From: a virus
Strand: one strand, 5' to 3'
Virus record (IMG/VR): IMGVR_UViG_3300034069_000900
Location: 12,922 to 76,921 of that record
DNA: 64,000 bases
Positions 53,903 to 63,300 of the stretch are shown one piece after another. Below the pieces are notes generated by a model. It did no database searches. It saw only the letters and a list, made by a program, of their open reading frames with translations, and was not told the origin of the DNA. The first letter of the stretch is position 1. Each line of letters starts with the position of its first letter. Position numbers and translations under genes: made by a program.

Positions 53903-54148
53903 ATGATGTCATGCGTAGGAACGCCTCTTGATATCAATCGGCCACTGCGTACTCGCGATGGCCGGCGCGCCAGGTACATTGCAAATGATCGCCCCACTGT
54001 CATGGGCGGATACGCATATCCCCTGCGGGTGTCGGTGGAACATCCTAACGAGCCGGGGGCCTGGACAGAATGGGACTACATGCTAGATGGTCGATGGAAG
54101 TCAAACGACCCAGATAACCACAACGATCTAATCTACGCAGAAGACTAG
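53903..54148 (+). CDS. hypothetical phage protein
   Basis: PLRTRDGRRARYIA...DGR...DL pattern; AGGAG SD. Confidence 0.6.
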   Translation: MMSCVGTPLDINRPLRTRDGRRARYIANDRPTVMGGYAYPLRVSVEHPNEPGAWTEWDYMLDGRWKSNDPDNHNDLIYAED

Positions 54149-54158
54149 GAGCCCCCGT

Positions 54159-54713
54159 ATGACCGACCATGTGACCGACCGCCTGTATCTGGCGGGGCGG
54201 GTGGAAAGATACGCGACATGGCCGACGATACACAAGCAAACTGTCGGTGAACATTGTTGGCAGATCTATAACATCCATTGTCAGATATTCGGCACCCCGG
54301 ATCCGGGTGTGGCGTACACTATCATGAACCACGATAGCGCCGAACTAATAGTGGGTGATCCGCCTTTTCCTATTAAGGCCAATAACCCTGATCTCAAGGC
54401 AGCTTACACCCGCATAGAACCTGAAGCTGAAAAGCGACTCGGCGTAAAGCTGCCAGCGCTTGACGCCAACGATAAGGTGCGCATCAAAGTCTGCGATCTG
54501 CTCGAAATGTTCATTTTCGGAATAGTTGAGAGGGAGATGGGCAACGTGCTCGCCAGTCCTGTAGTGATGCGCACGCGGGATGCTGCCCTAGCGCTATCTT
54601 ACGAGATGCTGCCCCCGGATGATCACGCTTCCGTGGTACTATTTACAGAAGCTGAGATCCGCGCACACGACAAGCGCATGTTTCAGTTGAAGAGGATGAG
54701 CGATGAAGACTGA
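54159..54713 (+). CDS. HD-domain 5'-deoxynucleotidase-like protein (YfbR-like)
   Basis: GRVERY, QTVGEHCW, NHDSAELIVGDPPFPIK, KVCDLLE. Confidence 0.85.
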   Translation: MTDHVTDRLYLAGRVERYATWPTIHKQTVGEHCWQIYNIHCQIFGTPDPGVAYTIMNHDSAELIVGDPPFPIKANNPDLKAAYTRIEPEAEKRLGVKLPALDANDKVRIKVCDLLEMFIFGIVEREMGNVLASPVVMRTRDAALALSYEMLPPDDHASVVLFTEAEIRAHDKRMFQLKRMSDED

Positions 54714-55410
54714 AGAGATACTCGCCGAACGCGGCAACAAGTACGGGGAATACGCTGAGAACGCTCGCGTAATGCAGCGCATAAAAGATGCCCTGCGCTC
54801 GGGCAGAAGCTGGGATAAAGCCCCGGACACCGTCAAGGAAGCCCTGGAGTGCGTAGCCCTCAAATTGGGGCGAATCGTCAATGGTGACCCGCTCTACGAT
54901 GACAACTACAGGGACGCCATCGGGTATCTTACATTGGCGCTGGAAGATATTACCGCACGGGCGGCGCGGGACAGCCTTGAAGCTGCTATTCAGCAACCCT
55001 TTGCACCGCACCTGACTGGGGGTTGCTTGCCGGGGGTCGTGGGCGGCAGCCTGAACGGGGCTACCCCGCAAGACGCGGCAGTGCGGGTGTTCGTAGAGGC
55101 CATGGGCTATAGGGAAGTAAATCCCACGGAAGCCGGACCGCCCGGCACTGAGCCGCAGGACGCTGGTCACGCCGCAGAGCCCAACGAACGCAAGGTCCCC
55201 CGCGCGGATGGCATCCACCTGACCCCCGATCACTTCGGCATGTATTTCCGCACGGTGGCAAGTGTGATGGGCCGCCTAGAAGTCAACGACGGCCCCGAGC
55301 CGGAGCGCTTCCCGTTCAAGCTCAACGGGCGCCGTTACACGGAGTACGGGTTCTGCGCTGCGGCGGACGGCGACCCTATCCATGATATCATCGCATTCCA
55401 TCCGCACTAG
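54703..55410 (+). CDS. DUF6378/DUF3310-like N-terminal domain protein
   Basis: ILAERGNKYG, KLGRIVNGD...DNYRDAIGY. Confidence 0.7.
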   Translation: MKTEEILAERGNKYGEYAENARVMQRIKDALRSGRSWDKAPDTVKEALECVALKLGRIVNGDPLYDDNYRDAIGYLTLALEDITARAARDSLEAAIQQPFAPHLTGGCLPGVVGGSLNGATPQDAAVRVFVEAMGYREVNPTEAGPPGTEPQDAGHAAEPNERKVPRADGIHLTPDHFGMYFRTVASVMGRLEVNDGPEPERFPFKLNGRRYTEYGFCAAADGDPIHDIIAFHPH

Positions 55411-55421
55411 GGAGGTCACGA

Positions 55422-57500
55422 GTGGCGCGCGGGCATGTACCGGGACAAATGGACATCTTCAAGCCGCAGAGCAGCTGGAAGCCACCCACTGAACTCCCGG
55501 ACCTGCGGCGCCGCGTCATCGTAGCGATCGATAGCGAAACGCGCGACCGGGGGCTGGAAGCCAACCGTGGACCGGGGTGGCCGTTCGGGCGTGATTTCTG
55601 CCGGTTGTGTGGGATAAGCTGGGCGGCGGAAGGCTCGGTGGGGTACGCCCCGGTCGGGCACCCGGACACCGAGAACTTCCCGCTTGAGAACGTGCTGCGG
55701 TGGCTGGACGACTTGTTCAAGTCTGGTACACGCATCGTCATGCACAACGGGCCCTACGACGTCGGCGTGTTTGGTACATACGGGGTGGTGCCCCCGGCTA
55801 ACTTGGAAGATACACTAGCCGCAGCCGTGATGCTGGACGAAGACCAACCGCTATACCCCGGCAACTCACGTGCCTATAGCTTGGACAACTGCTGCGCCCG
55901 TTACGGTATCGAAGGCAAAGATACGGACCTGCTACGACAGGCGGTGCGCGCATACGGGGGCAACCCTAACAAACCGGCCGGTGACCTGTGGCGGGTGCCT
56001 GCACGCTACGCAGGTCCCTATGCCGAACAGGATGGGGTAGCCACGCTGGAGCTCTGGCAGCACCAGGAGCCGCAGCTGCGCGCCCAAGAGGTGTGGGACG
56101 CCTACCGCACGGAGATGGAGCTCATACCCATGGTCGTCGCCATGCGGCGCCGGGGTATCCGTATCGACGCAGGCATGGTGGACCGCACACGCACTGAGTT
56201 CCTGGGGCGGCGCGACGCCCTACTCAAGCGCATCAGCGAGCAAGCGGGTAGCCGGCGCCTGATGACAATCGGAGACGTGCGTAGCCCGCAGTTCCTAGAG
56301 AAGCTGTTCACACAGGAAGGCATCCCGTTCCCCCGCACCGAGAAGACTAAACAGGGTAGCTTCTCGGCGGATTGGATGGAGAAGTACGACCACTGGTTGC
56401 CGCAAGCCCTGGTCGACATCATCCGCTATGAGGACGCCGCGCAAAAGTTCTTGGCAAACTACCTGACCGGCTACGCCCACCGGGGGCGCATCCACGCCGA
56501 AGTCCATCAGTTCCGCAGCGACGACGGCGGTACGAAGTCACACCGGTTCAGCTACTCGGAGCCCCCGCTCCAGCAGATGCCTTCCCCGGACAAAGACCCC
56601 ACTGACGCTCTGAAGAAGGTGATCACAGAGCGGGCCACCGGCACCCTCATCCGTAGATGCTTCCTGCCCGAGCAGGGGGAAGCTTGGGGCTCGGTCGACT
56701 TCTCATCGCAGGAACCCCGGCTGGTCGTGCACTTTGCCAGCCTGTGTAAGTGTCCCGGCGCGGATGAGGCTGTGCGGCAGTACCTCGAGAACCCCCGCCT
56801 GGACTACCACCAAATGACGGCAGACCTAACCGGGCTGCCGCGCGCCAAAGCTAAGATCCTTAATTTAGCGATGTTATACGGCTATGGTCGCGCCAGCATG
56901 GCCGCGCACCTCGGTGTGGGGCTAGCAGAAGCCGACGAGCTCGCCCGGCAGTACCACGAGCGCCTCCCGTTCATCAAGCCCTTTGAGGAGCGCTGCAAGA
57001 CAACCGCAACTAACCGGGGGTACATCCGCCTGATCGATGGCGCTCGCATCAGGTACAATATGTGGGAAGGGCCGTATCTCAGCGCCGAGGAGCGCCTGGA
57101 AGCGCACAAGCTAGGCCATGTGACCACGTACTGCTCGCGCGAGGAAGCACAGCGTCGGCAGGAAGACCCCGCCCACCCCTGGGCCGGCAGGGTGCTGCGC
57201 CGGGCGGACACCCGCAAGGGGCTCAATAATTTGATCCAAGGTAGCGCCGCGCGGCAGACCAAGATCGCGATGCGGAACATGTGGCGTGCTGGGATACTGC
57301 CCCTGCTACAGCTGCATGACGAAGTCGCCGTGAGTGTCAGATCCAAGCAGGAACTCGAGCAGGTTGCACAGTTCATGGTAGAGGCAACACCTCTCCGCGT
57401 TCCGACCGTTGTAGACGCTGAGGTCGGTGATAATTGGGGCAACGCCAAAATGTCTTGGGATAAATATGAGCAGAACCGACAAGCGCAAGCCGCTGCCTAG
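55422..57500 (+). CDS. polA: family A DNA polymerase with 3'-5' exonuclease domain
   Basis: IDSETRD, HNGPYD, YAEQD; GTKSHRFSYSEPPLQQ, DFSSQEPR (motif A), RAKAKILNLAMLYG (motif B), LQLHDE (motif C). Confidence 0.95.
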   Translation: MARGHVPGQMDIFKPQSSWKPPTELPDLRRRVIVAIDSETRDRGLEANRGPGWPFGRDFCRLCGISWAAEGSVGYAPVGHPDTENFPLENVLRWLDDLFKSGTRIVMHNGPYDVGVFGTYGVVPPANLEDTLAAAVMLDEDQPLYPGNSRAYSLDNCCARYGIEGKDTDLLRQAVRAYGGNPNKPAGDLWRVPARYAGPYAEQDGVATLELWQHQEPQLRAQEVWDAYRTEMELIPMVVAMRRRGIRIDAGMVDRTRTEFLGRRDALLKRISEQAGSRRLMTIGDVRSPQFLEKLFTQEGIPFPRTEKTKQGSFSADWMEKYDHWLPQALVDIIRYEDAAQKFLANYLTGYAHRGRIHAEVHQFRSDDGGTKSHRFSYSEPPLQQMPSPDKDPTDALKKVITERATGTLIRRCFLPEQGEAWGSVDFSSQEPRLVVHFASLCKCPGADEAVRQYLENPRLDYHQMTADLTGLPRAKAKILNLAMLYGYGRASMAAHLGVGLAEADELARQYHERLPFIKPFEERCKTTATNRGYIRLIDGARIRYNMWEGPYLSAEERLEAHKLGHVTTYCSREEAQRRQEDPAHPWAGRVLRRADTRKGLNNLIQGSAARQTKIAMRNMWRAGILPLLQLHDEVAVSVRSKQELEQVAQFMVEATPLRVPTVVDAEVGDNWGNAKMSWDKYEQNRQAQAAA

Positions 57501-58011
57501 TGCGGAGTACATCCGGGAACACCTGTATTATTGCCCCGACACAGGTGCTCTTACATGGCGCAAATGCCCACCGCACCGTAGAGTAGCGATAGGTCAGGAC
57601 GCAGCCCCGGTGTGCTCTGGCGCTGGGCGCACGCGTATTACGTTCCGCAATGGCGGGGTGCGTTATGCGGCCCCTCGTGTGATCTGGTGTTATATGACTG
57701 GGGAAGACCCTGGTGAATTGGATATAGATCATAGGGACAGAGACAAACTGAATAATCGCTGGAGCAATCTCCGTAAAGTGGATGTGTCCCTCAATCAGCA
57801 AAACAAAAGCGCGGATCGTGACAGTCTGAGCGGGCTGCGGGGTGTGTGGCAACTCAAACATGGTGTCTGGGCAGCACAGATTGTCAGACGGGGTGTGCGT
57901 CGCACGTTGGGCTGGACGTTTCCATCAGCGGCGGAGGCTAGTGCTGCCTATGAAAAGGCGGCTGCTGAGCACGAGGCTGGGCTATGGCCTATGCAATCAG
58001 GGGCCGCCTGA
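57466..58011 (+). CDS. HNH homing endonuclease with AP2-like domain
   Basis: LYYCPDTGALTW, DIDHRDRDKLNNRWSNLR, SGLRGV; overlaps the polA end. Confidence 0.88.
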   Translation: MSRTDKRKPLPSAEYIREHLYYCPDTGALTWRKCPPHRRVAIGQDAAPVCSGAGRTRITFRNGGVRYAAPRVIWCYMTGEDPGELDIDHRDRDKLNNRWSNLRKVDVSLNQQNKSADRDSLSGLRGVWQLKHGVWAAQIVRRGVRRTLGWTFPSAAEASAAYEKAAAEHEAGLWPMQSGAA

Positions 58012-58174
58012 GCTCGGCCAGTATCAGCTCCATAAGCAGGATACCGACGGTCACATACATCACGGCGCCCAGCACGCGGCGGGCGGTAGTGGACTTGCGG
58101 CGCAGCAGGCACATGCTGAGCCAGAGCCCCGGCAGCAGGGCCGCCAGGGCGACGATGAGGGTGAACCTGCGCAT
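57989..58174 (-). CDS. small two-TM protein
   Basis: Two hydrophobic helices separated by a basic loop. Confidence 0.5.
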   Translation of the reverse strand: MRRFTLIVALAALLPGLWLSMCLLRRKSTTARRVLGAVMYVTVGILLMELILAELRRPLIA

Positions 58175-58177
58175 GAC

Positions 58178-58393
58178 TCAGTCCGCAAGCCTGTACTGAC
58201 ACTCGGTGGACAGCACGAAGCGGCCGTCCCGGAGCACGATGAGTGTGATGAAAGGATCCTCCGCATCATCGCGGACGATGAGGCCGGGGATGGTGCGCTC
58301 GGCATCGTAGTTGAAACATACTTCAACCTTCTTACCGCTATGTGCTCCCTGCTGTGGGAACTTATCGTATCCAATTTTACCGTGAACGCCCAT
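58178..58393 (-). CDS. conserved small phage protein
   Basis: FPQQG...VCFNYD...IVRDDAEDP...DGRFVLSTECQY; GGAG SD. Confidence 0.7.
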   Translation of the reverse strand: MGVHGKIGYDKFPQQGAHSGKKVEVCFNYDAERTIPGLIVRDDAEDPFITLIVLRDGRFVLSTECQYRLAD

Positions 58394-58433
58394 GGCTCTG
58401 GTCTCCTGAACCTTTGAGGTAAGGGGGTGGGGC

Positions 58434-58934
58434 TCAGAGCCCCACCTTCGAGTCGATACGGATGTAGTCGCGCTCGGTGTCGAAGCTCAGGTCGCAGCGC
58501 CAGCGGCCGGGGTTGCTGCCGGGCTGGAGCTTGTGAGCCGCAGCGAGGTACTCGCCGACTGTCATGCCGTCGCGGTAGAGCGCGAAGCGGGCGGCGCTGT
58601 CGCTCTTGGCGCGCTTCGGGTTGGCCTTCGCCAGGATGGTGATGACGTGCGTGTCGTCATAGGTAGGCTTGGGGCCGCGCCGAGCCGCGAGGCCGTGGAC
58701 GGGGGCCTTCGGGGCGGGCTTGACCACCTGCGGCTTGGGGGCCGGCTCGGGCTTGCGCAGCACCGGACCCGCGTCGGTCATGAAGGGCTCGAGGCCGAGG
58801 GACTTGCACAGCGCCTCGACGCGGGAAACGGCGACGGGTTTCGTGGACGCGAGGCCGAGGGGCTTGGCGGCGTGGGCGTTGTAGAGGTCGGCCAGCTGCT
58901 GACGGTTGAGGGTGTTCAGGATAGCGTGGGACAT
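58434..58934 (-). CDS. NPKR-domain protein
   Basis: NPKRAKSDSAARFALYRDGMTV...DLSFDTERDYI; GAGGAG SD before ATG 58934; has its own promoter. Confidence 0.72.
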   Translation of the reverse strand: MSHAILNTLNRQQLADLYNAHAAKPLGLASTKPVAVSRVEALCKSLGLEPFMTDAGPVLRKPEPAPKPQVVKPAPKAPVHGLAARRGPKPTYDDTHVITILAKANPKRAKSDSAARFALYRDGMTVGEYLAAAHKLQPGSNPGRWRCDLSFDTERDYIRIDSKVGL

Positions 58935-58980
58935 GATGTGTGCTCCTCGTCTCGGGCGGCTCGCTCTCGGCCACAAAATG

Positions 58981-59009
58981 AGTCTAAGCGATATCAGTTA
59001 GCTTGTAAA
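58981..59009 (-). promoter_or_regulatory. sigma70-like promoter with GCTAACTGA spacer motif
   Basis: - strand TTTACA-17 bp-TAGACT. Confidence 0.62.
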
Positions 59010-59127
59010 GCGAGGTTATGACCGCAAAGTGAAAAAAAGTTTCGGCCCCGGCGCCTGCGGTAGGCACTGAGGACAAAGAATGCTAGAGTGTGCAAGGGCT
59101 TAACTGCCAGCGTCAATAGCAGATCTT

Positions 59128-59841
59128 ATGATGCAACCTATCCTCCGGGTCATTGATGTGGAAACTTCAGGGCTGGACCCCGCAGCCGGCGCCGCCCTGC
59201 TAGAGGTCGGCATCGTCACCCGCGACGTACCTGCGGGGACCGGGGTACCCCGTTACTACCCGACGGGGTGGTTCGTAGAACACGACGGGCCCATCCCGCC
59301 TGAAGCGAAAGCCGTGCACCATATCACTGAAAGCCACGTCAGCCTCGCTGGGGGCGCCAAGACGCGCGCCATCCATAGTACGCTCCTGCGGCAGTTCGAC
59401 AACGAGGCTGCTGTCTGGGCCGCACACAATGCGGACTTCGACCGTCGGTTCCTGCCGGAGCTCCAGCGGCCGTTCGTTTGCACGTACCGCTGCGCCCTGC
59501 ACTTATGGCCCGAGGCCCCTGGGCATAGTGTACAGGTCCTGCGCTACTGGCTAGGCGGCGAACCCGCCCCGGAGGACCTGGACGGCCGCGCGCCCCATCG
59601 CGCTCTCTACGATTGTTTCTGCACCATGCAGATCCTTGAGCGCATGCTGGTGACACATACCGTAGATGAACTCCTAGCGCTCACGGCAGAACCTGTCTTG
59701 CTGTATCGGGTGAGGTTCGGTAAGCACAAAGGCGCTCTATGGAGCCAGCTGCCCCAGGATTACCTCCGGTGGGTGCTGCGCGACGGGGGCTTCGACGCTG
59801 ACGTCGTGCACACGGCCCGCTATTATCTAGGATTGCTATGA
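59128..59841 (+). CDS. DnaQ-like 3'-5' exonuclease (exonuclease X-like)
   Basis: VIDVETSG, AAHNADFD, PHRALYD; C-terminal FGKHKG..W...P.DYL.W module. Confidence 0.88.
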   Translation: MMQPILRVIDVETSGLDPAAGAALLEVGIVTRDVPAGTGVPRYYPTGWFVEHDGPIPPEAKAVHHITESHVSLAGGAKTRAIHSTLLRQFDNEAAVWAAHNADFDRRFLPELQRPFVCTYRCALHLWPEAPGHSVQVLRYWLGGEPAPEDLDGRAPHRALYDCFCTMQILERMLVTHTVDELLALTAEPVLLYRVRFGKHKGALWSQLPQDYLRWVLRDGGFDADVVHTARYYLGLL

Positions 59842-60293
59842 CCGGCCCCGAACGCGCCTTCCGCAGGCTCATCACGCACAACCTAGGCGCCCCCGACTGG
59901 GTCTGGACACCCGTAGAATCCAGGGGTACGGTGGACGGCATCCCTGATTTGTTTTGGGCCCACCGTACCGCCCGCACGAGCGGGTGGCTCGAGACTAAGG
60001 TGGTGACAGGGTGGCGCGTCGACCTGCGGCCGCATCAGGTACGTTGGGCCCAAAGTTACACGCGGGCCGGGGTGCGGTGTGCTATCGCCGTGCGGCAGAT
60101 GGGCACCGGTCAGGACGGCGTGCCCCGCGACGTGCTCTGGCTGCTGGACGGTGCCCAGGCTGCGCGCTGGGCCCACGAAGGACTGCCGCAGGGCTTGAAA
60201 ATAAACACGGGCCCCGGCGTGCTAGCACGCTACACCGGAGGCCCGCGGCACTGGGACTGGCCGGGTTTCGCCGGCCAACTGCGCGCTCAGTAA
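59838..60293 (+). CDS. VRR-NUC / Holliday junction resolvase-like nuclease
   Basis: GIPDL...WLETK...LRPHQ (PD-(D/E)XK). Confidence 0.75.
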   Translation: MTGPERAFRRLITHNLGAPDWVWTPVESRGTVDGIPDLFWAHRTARTSGWLETKVVTGWRVDLRPHQVRWAQSYTRAGVRCAIAVRQMGTGQDGVPRDVLWLLDGAQAARWAHEGLPQGLKINTGPGVLARYTGGPRHWDWPGFAGQLRAQ

Positions 60294-61402
60294 GCGTCCC
60301 GATACGTGTCGTACAGGCTCTTGACCTTGTCCTTCTTGGTCAGTACGAGCACAGCGTCCCCGCATTTGTACTCATACTCGCCTTTACGACCATCGGCCCG
60401 CACGAGATGTTCAGGCCCGAACTCAACATTGGCGATCTGCTCGTACTTGGGCCCTTCCCAGTCAGCCTGCGTCGAGCGGAACCTGTCCTTACGCGGAATG
60501 CTGTAGAAAGAGACGTCGTAGTCATCATCACGCTGGAGTGGGTGGCCTGTAACTTCCTCCATATCGGTGCGTGCAGGGTCGAACGGGGCGCCTTTGAGGA
60601 AGTAACTAGCTGTGAATACGTGGTAGGTGCCGAAGTCCGGTCGGACGTTCAGCATCGCGAGAGATTCCCGCGGCGTCTCGCCATAGCGGTTCATTTCCTC
60701 CACGAGTGCCTTGAGCATATCGAGGTTGAACCGATCGTAGAGGCTCGTGACTGCCAGTACCGCGTCGATCTGCGTCTTGTCCTTTAGCAGGTCCTCGCAG
60801 TACTCCAGGATAAAGGCCTCCTCTAGCGTCTCGTACTTGAGCGAGTAGTACATGCGTCCCGGCCGGTTGCGCATGTAGTCACTGATGCGGTGACTATCGT
60901 TGGTGGTTACGATGAACAGCTTCTTCGTAACGGCCGTGCCGTCGAACAGGGTCAGCAGGGCCGACTGCCACTCCTGCTCGTAATAAACCTTCTCGAACTC
61001 ATCGAAGATTACGACACAGGGCTCGTCGATAGACTGGATGAAGGCGTTGAAGCCTTCGCCGCACAGCGGGGAGTTGACGACAAGCGTGGAGATGCCCTGC
61101 GCGCGTGCCTCCGTGGAAAGCAGCGTGGCCATCAGCGTCTTACCGCTGCCCTTCTCGCCCGAGAGCATAACACCCGTGGAACGTGGCCGGCTGTTGAACG
61201 TCGCCAGGATGCGGTCCGCACGGTGCGGGGTGCTACCGTAGATCTTGGGCGGCAGTTTGAAATCGTCCTGCGCCTGGAGGTAGAACCCTTCCGGGGTTAC
61301 GCCGACGCTGTAGGTGCCGAGCGGCAGGCTGGACTTGACGCGCCCCGGCAAGTCATGGGGCACGGGCTTCAGGATGGTGTTCTCGCGGACGTAAGTGGAC
61401 AT
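60287..61402 (-). CDS. AAA+ ATPase
   Basis: GEKGSGKT, IFDEFEK, TTN, NRPGRMYY. Confidence 0.88.
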   Translation of the reverse strand: MSTYVRENTILKPVPHDLPGRVKSSLPLGTYSVGVTPEGFYLQAQDDFKLPPKIYGSTPHRADRILATFNSRPRSTGVMLSGEKGSGKTLMATLLSTEARAQGISTLVVNSPLCGEGFNAFIQSIDEPCVVIFDEFEKVYYEQEWQSALLTLFDGTAVTKKLFIVTTNDSHRISDYMRNRPGRMYYSLKYETLEEAFILEYCEDLLKDKTQIDAVLAVTSLYDRFNLDMLKALVEEMNRYGETPRESLAMLNVRPDFGTYHVFTASYFLKGAPFDPARTDMEEVTGHPLQRDDDYDVSFYSIPRKDRFRSTQADWEGPKYEQIANVEFGPEHLVRADGRKGEYEYKCGDAVLVLTKKDKVKSLYDTYRDAY

Positions 61403-61428
61403 CTCTACTCTGCTCCTCTCGAGTAAAC

Positions 61429-61647
61429 TCAGTCTTTCAGGAAGGCCACCGCGATGCGGATGCGCTTGGGCGGCTTGCGGTGGTCCGGCAGCGCCATCTT
61501 CTGCACGTACACATCGCGCAGCACCGGGACATCCCCGCTCTCATCTGGTACTGCCTTGTACCGGACGGTCTGCGTGTGGACCTGGAATATCGCCATATCC
61601 ACTACCTCCAGGTCGTCATCCGCTTTGTTGTCAGTTCCCGCCATCAC
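61429..61647 (-). CDS. small hypothetical protein
   Basis: GAGGAGG SD; basic C-terminus. Confidence 0.55.
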   Translation of the reverse strand: MMAGTDNKADDDLEVVDMAIFQVHTQTVRYKAVPDESGDVPVLRDVYVQKMALPDHRKPPKRIRIAVAFLKD

Positions 61648-61654
61648 GGCCTCC

Positions 61655-63022
61655 TCAGTTCAGCGCCCCACCCTTGGGTGCTTTGGACTTCTGGAACGGT
61701 AACAGGTGCTCCTCATCGAACTCGCTGTCGCCGGGGCCGCTATGCGCTTGCGTAGCGCCCGCTGCCATGCACAGTTCTCGGATCGCATCCGGGTACGTGC
61801 CCCGCTCGCTCTCCTGCACCAGGGCATAGACTGCGGCCGTCAAGTCCTCTTCTGTCAACCCGGTCATAGTACCTTCGGCTAAGTCGCGCCGAAAGGCTTG
61901 ACTGCGCGCGCGGTTGCCAAGCTCGGTGATCATCGCACCGCTGACGATATGCCGCATCGTCAGGTGGAGCGGGCCCTTGTCCGACTGCATCGTCACGAGC
62001 GTGTGGACCGGGCTGAGCAGCAGGTCCACCGCACGCTCGGCCAGCGCTGCCGGGAACGGGTACCCGCCCCCGGACTGGTAGCTCGCGTGCCCACGGGGCA
62101 CCTTGCCGCCATGATACTTCAGCGCCACCGGGGCGTTGTGCAGCCCCTTGCGCAGCACGGCCACACACGCATCCCGATCGGGGCGAGGCACTCGTACCTT
62201 GACATCGATGCGGCCGGGGCGCAATACGGCGGCATCCATCGCGTGGGCCCGGTTGGTGGCCAGCAGGACGAACGCCCCGGTACCACTTATGCCGTCCATC
62301 TCTGCGAGGAACGTGGCGACGTTGGCTTCGTCCCACGGCGCCGCCGGCCGTCCATTGAGCCCATCGCGCGCGGGCAGCAAGGCGTCGGCCTCATCGATGA
62401 ATATAAGCAGAGGCGCCCCGTACCGCGCGGCATAGGCACGGGCGTAGGCGAATATATCACGGATCATCTTCTCCGTGACCCCGACGTAAGGCGTCTGTAC
62501 CTCAGGGCCGCTCAGCCGCAGCATCCACGGGCGATCGTCCCCGTGGAGGTCGCGCATGGCACGCGCCGCTGCCTTGGCGAACATCGTCTTGCCGCAGCCG
62601 GGGGCACCTTCCAGCAGCACCCCGCGCGGCACTCGCATCCCGTAGTGCTTGTAGAGCTCCGGGTGCTTAACCCCGGCCTCGAGTGCTTCACGCAGCACCG
62701 TGCGGGCTTCTTCCGCACCGACGATGTCGTCCCACGCGACGTCCGGGGCCTCGGTGAGTAGGTAGTCCTTGACGCTATCGCGCAGCCGGGTCTCTTCCAT
62801 CGCCAGCTGCGTCGCACTCGGGGGCAGTTTGACAGTGACGGGCGCCAGACCCGGCTCAGGCGCCGCCGCGGGCTCGGCCGCAGCCTGTGCCGCACGCGAA
62901 GCTGCCCGCAGGCGGTTGATCGTTTCGCTCGCGCGCCGGCCCACACACGCCGGACAGCGGCAATCTTCCGGGGGTGCACCACCCGGTACGGCTTCCTGGC
63001 AGGGCTCAAACATCTTCTGCAT
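61655..63022 (-). CDS. AAA+ ATPase (CDC48/ARC-like)
   Basis: PDVAWDDIVG, GVLLEGAPGCGKT, YVGVTE, IFIDEAD, FLAEMDG, ATNR..AMDAAVLRPGRID, SGAMI. Confidence 0.9.
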   Translation of the reverse strand: MQKMFEPCQEAVPGGAPPEDCRCPACVGRRASETINRLRAASRAAQAAAEPAAAPEPGLAPVTVKLPPSATQLAMEETRLRDSVKDYLLTEAPDVAWDDIVGAEEARTVLREALEAGVKHPELYKHYGMRVPRGVLLEGAPGCGKTMFAKAAARAMRDLHGDDRPWMLRLSGPEVQTPYVGVTEKMIRDIFAYARAYAARYGAPLLIFIDEADALLPARDGLNGRPAAPWDEANVATFLAEMDGISGTGAFVLLATNRAHAMDAAVLRPGRIDVKVRVPRPDRDACVAVLRKGLHNAPVALKYHGGKVPRGHASYQSGGGYPFPAALAERAVDLLLSPVHTLVTMQSDKGPLHLTMRHIVSGAMITELGNRARSQAFRRDLAEGTMTGLTEEDLTAAVYALVQESERGTYPDAIRELCMAAGATQAHSGPGDSEFDEEHLLPFQKSKAPKGGALN

Positions 63023-63032
63023 CAGCTCAATC

Positions 63033-63239
63033 CTACGGTGTCAGGGCATCGAGCGCCCCCGCCGCTGCAATCCTGTCTCCGGCCGCGAGCGCATACACTA
63101 GCTTCTGCACGGACCCCGGCATAGCCAGCAGACGGGCGGCCCCCGCCGCCGTCAGCGGCTGGGCGGCATACGCCGTAGCCCAAGCGAGTATGCGGGCACG
63201 GGCAGCGGCAGTGCTAAGTTCGTATGAATGGAACATCAA
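63033..63239 (-). CDS. Ala-rich hypothetical protein
   Basis: From the ORF track only. Confidence 0.4.
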   Translation of the reverse strand: MMFHSYELSTAAARARILAWATAYAAQPLTAAGAARLLAMPGSVQKLVYALAAGDRIAAAGALDALTP

Positions 63240-63269
63240 AGGCTCCGGGGTTGCTATGCCCCGGAGCCT
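63238..63269 (-). terminator. intrinsic terminator
   Basis: ggctccgggg/ccccggagcc 10-bp stem followed on the - strand by UUUGAUGUU. Confidence 0.65.
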
Positions 63270-63300
63270 ATACTCAACGCATTACCGGGCCGTTAACGCG

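Noticed and set aside
52699-57500. Self-splicing introns or inteins in the thymidylate synthase-like gene or polymerase
   Set aside because: Both ORFs are continuous with all motifs at normal spacing. The HNH at 57466 is free-standing, overlapping only the last codons.
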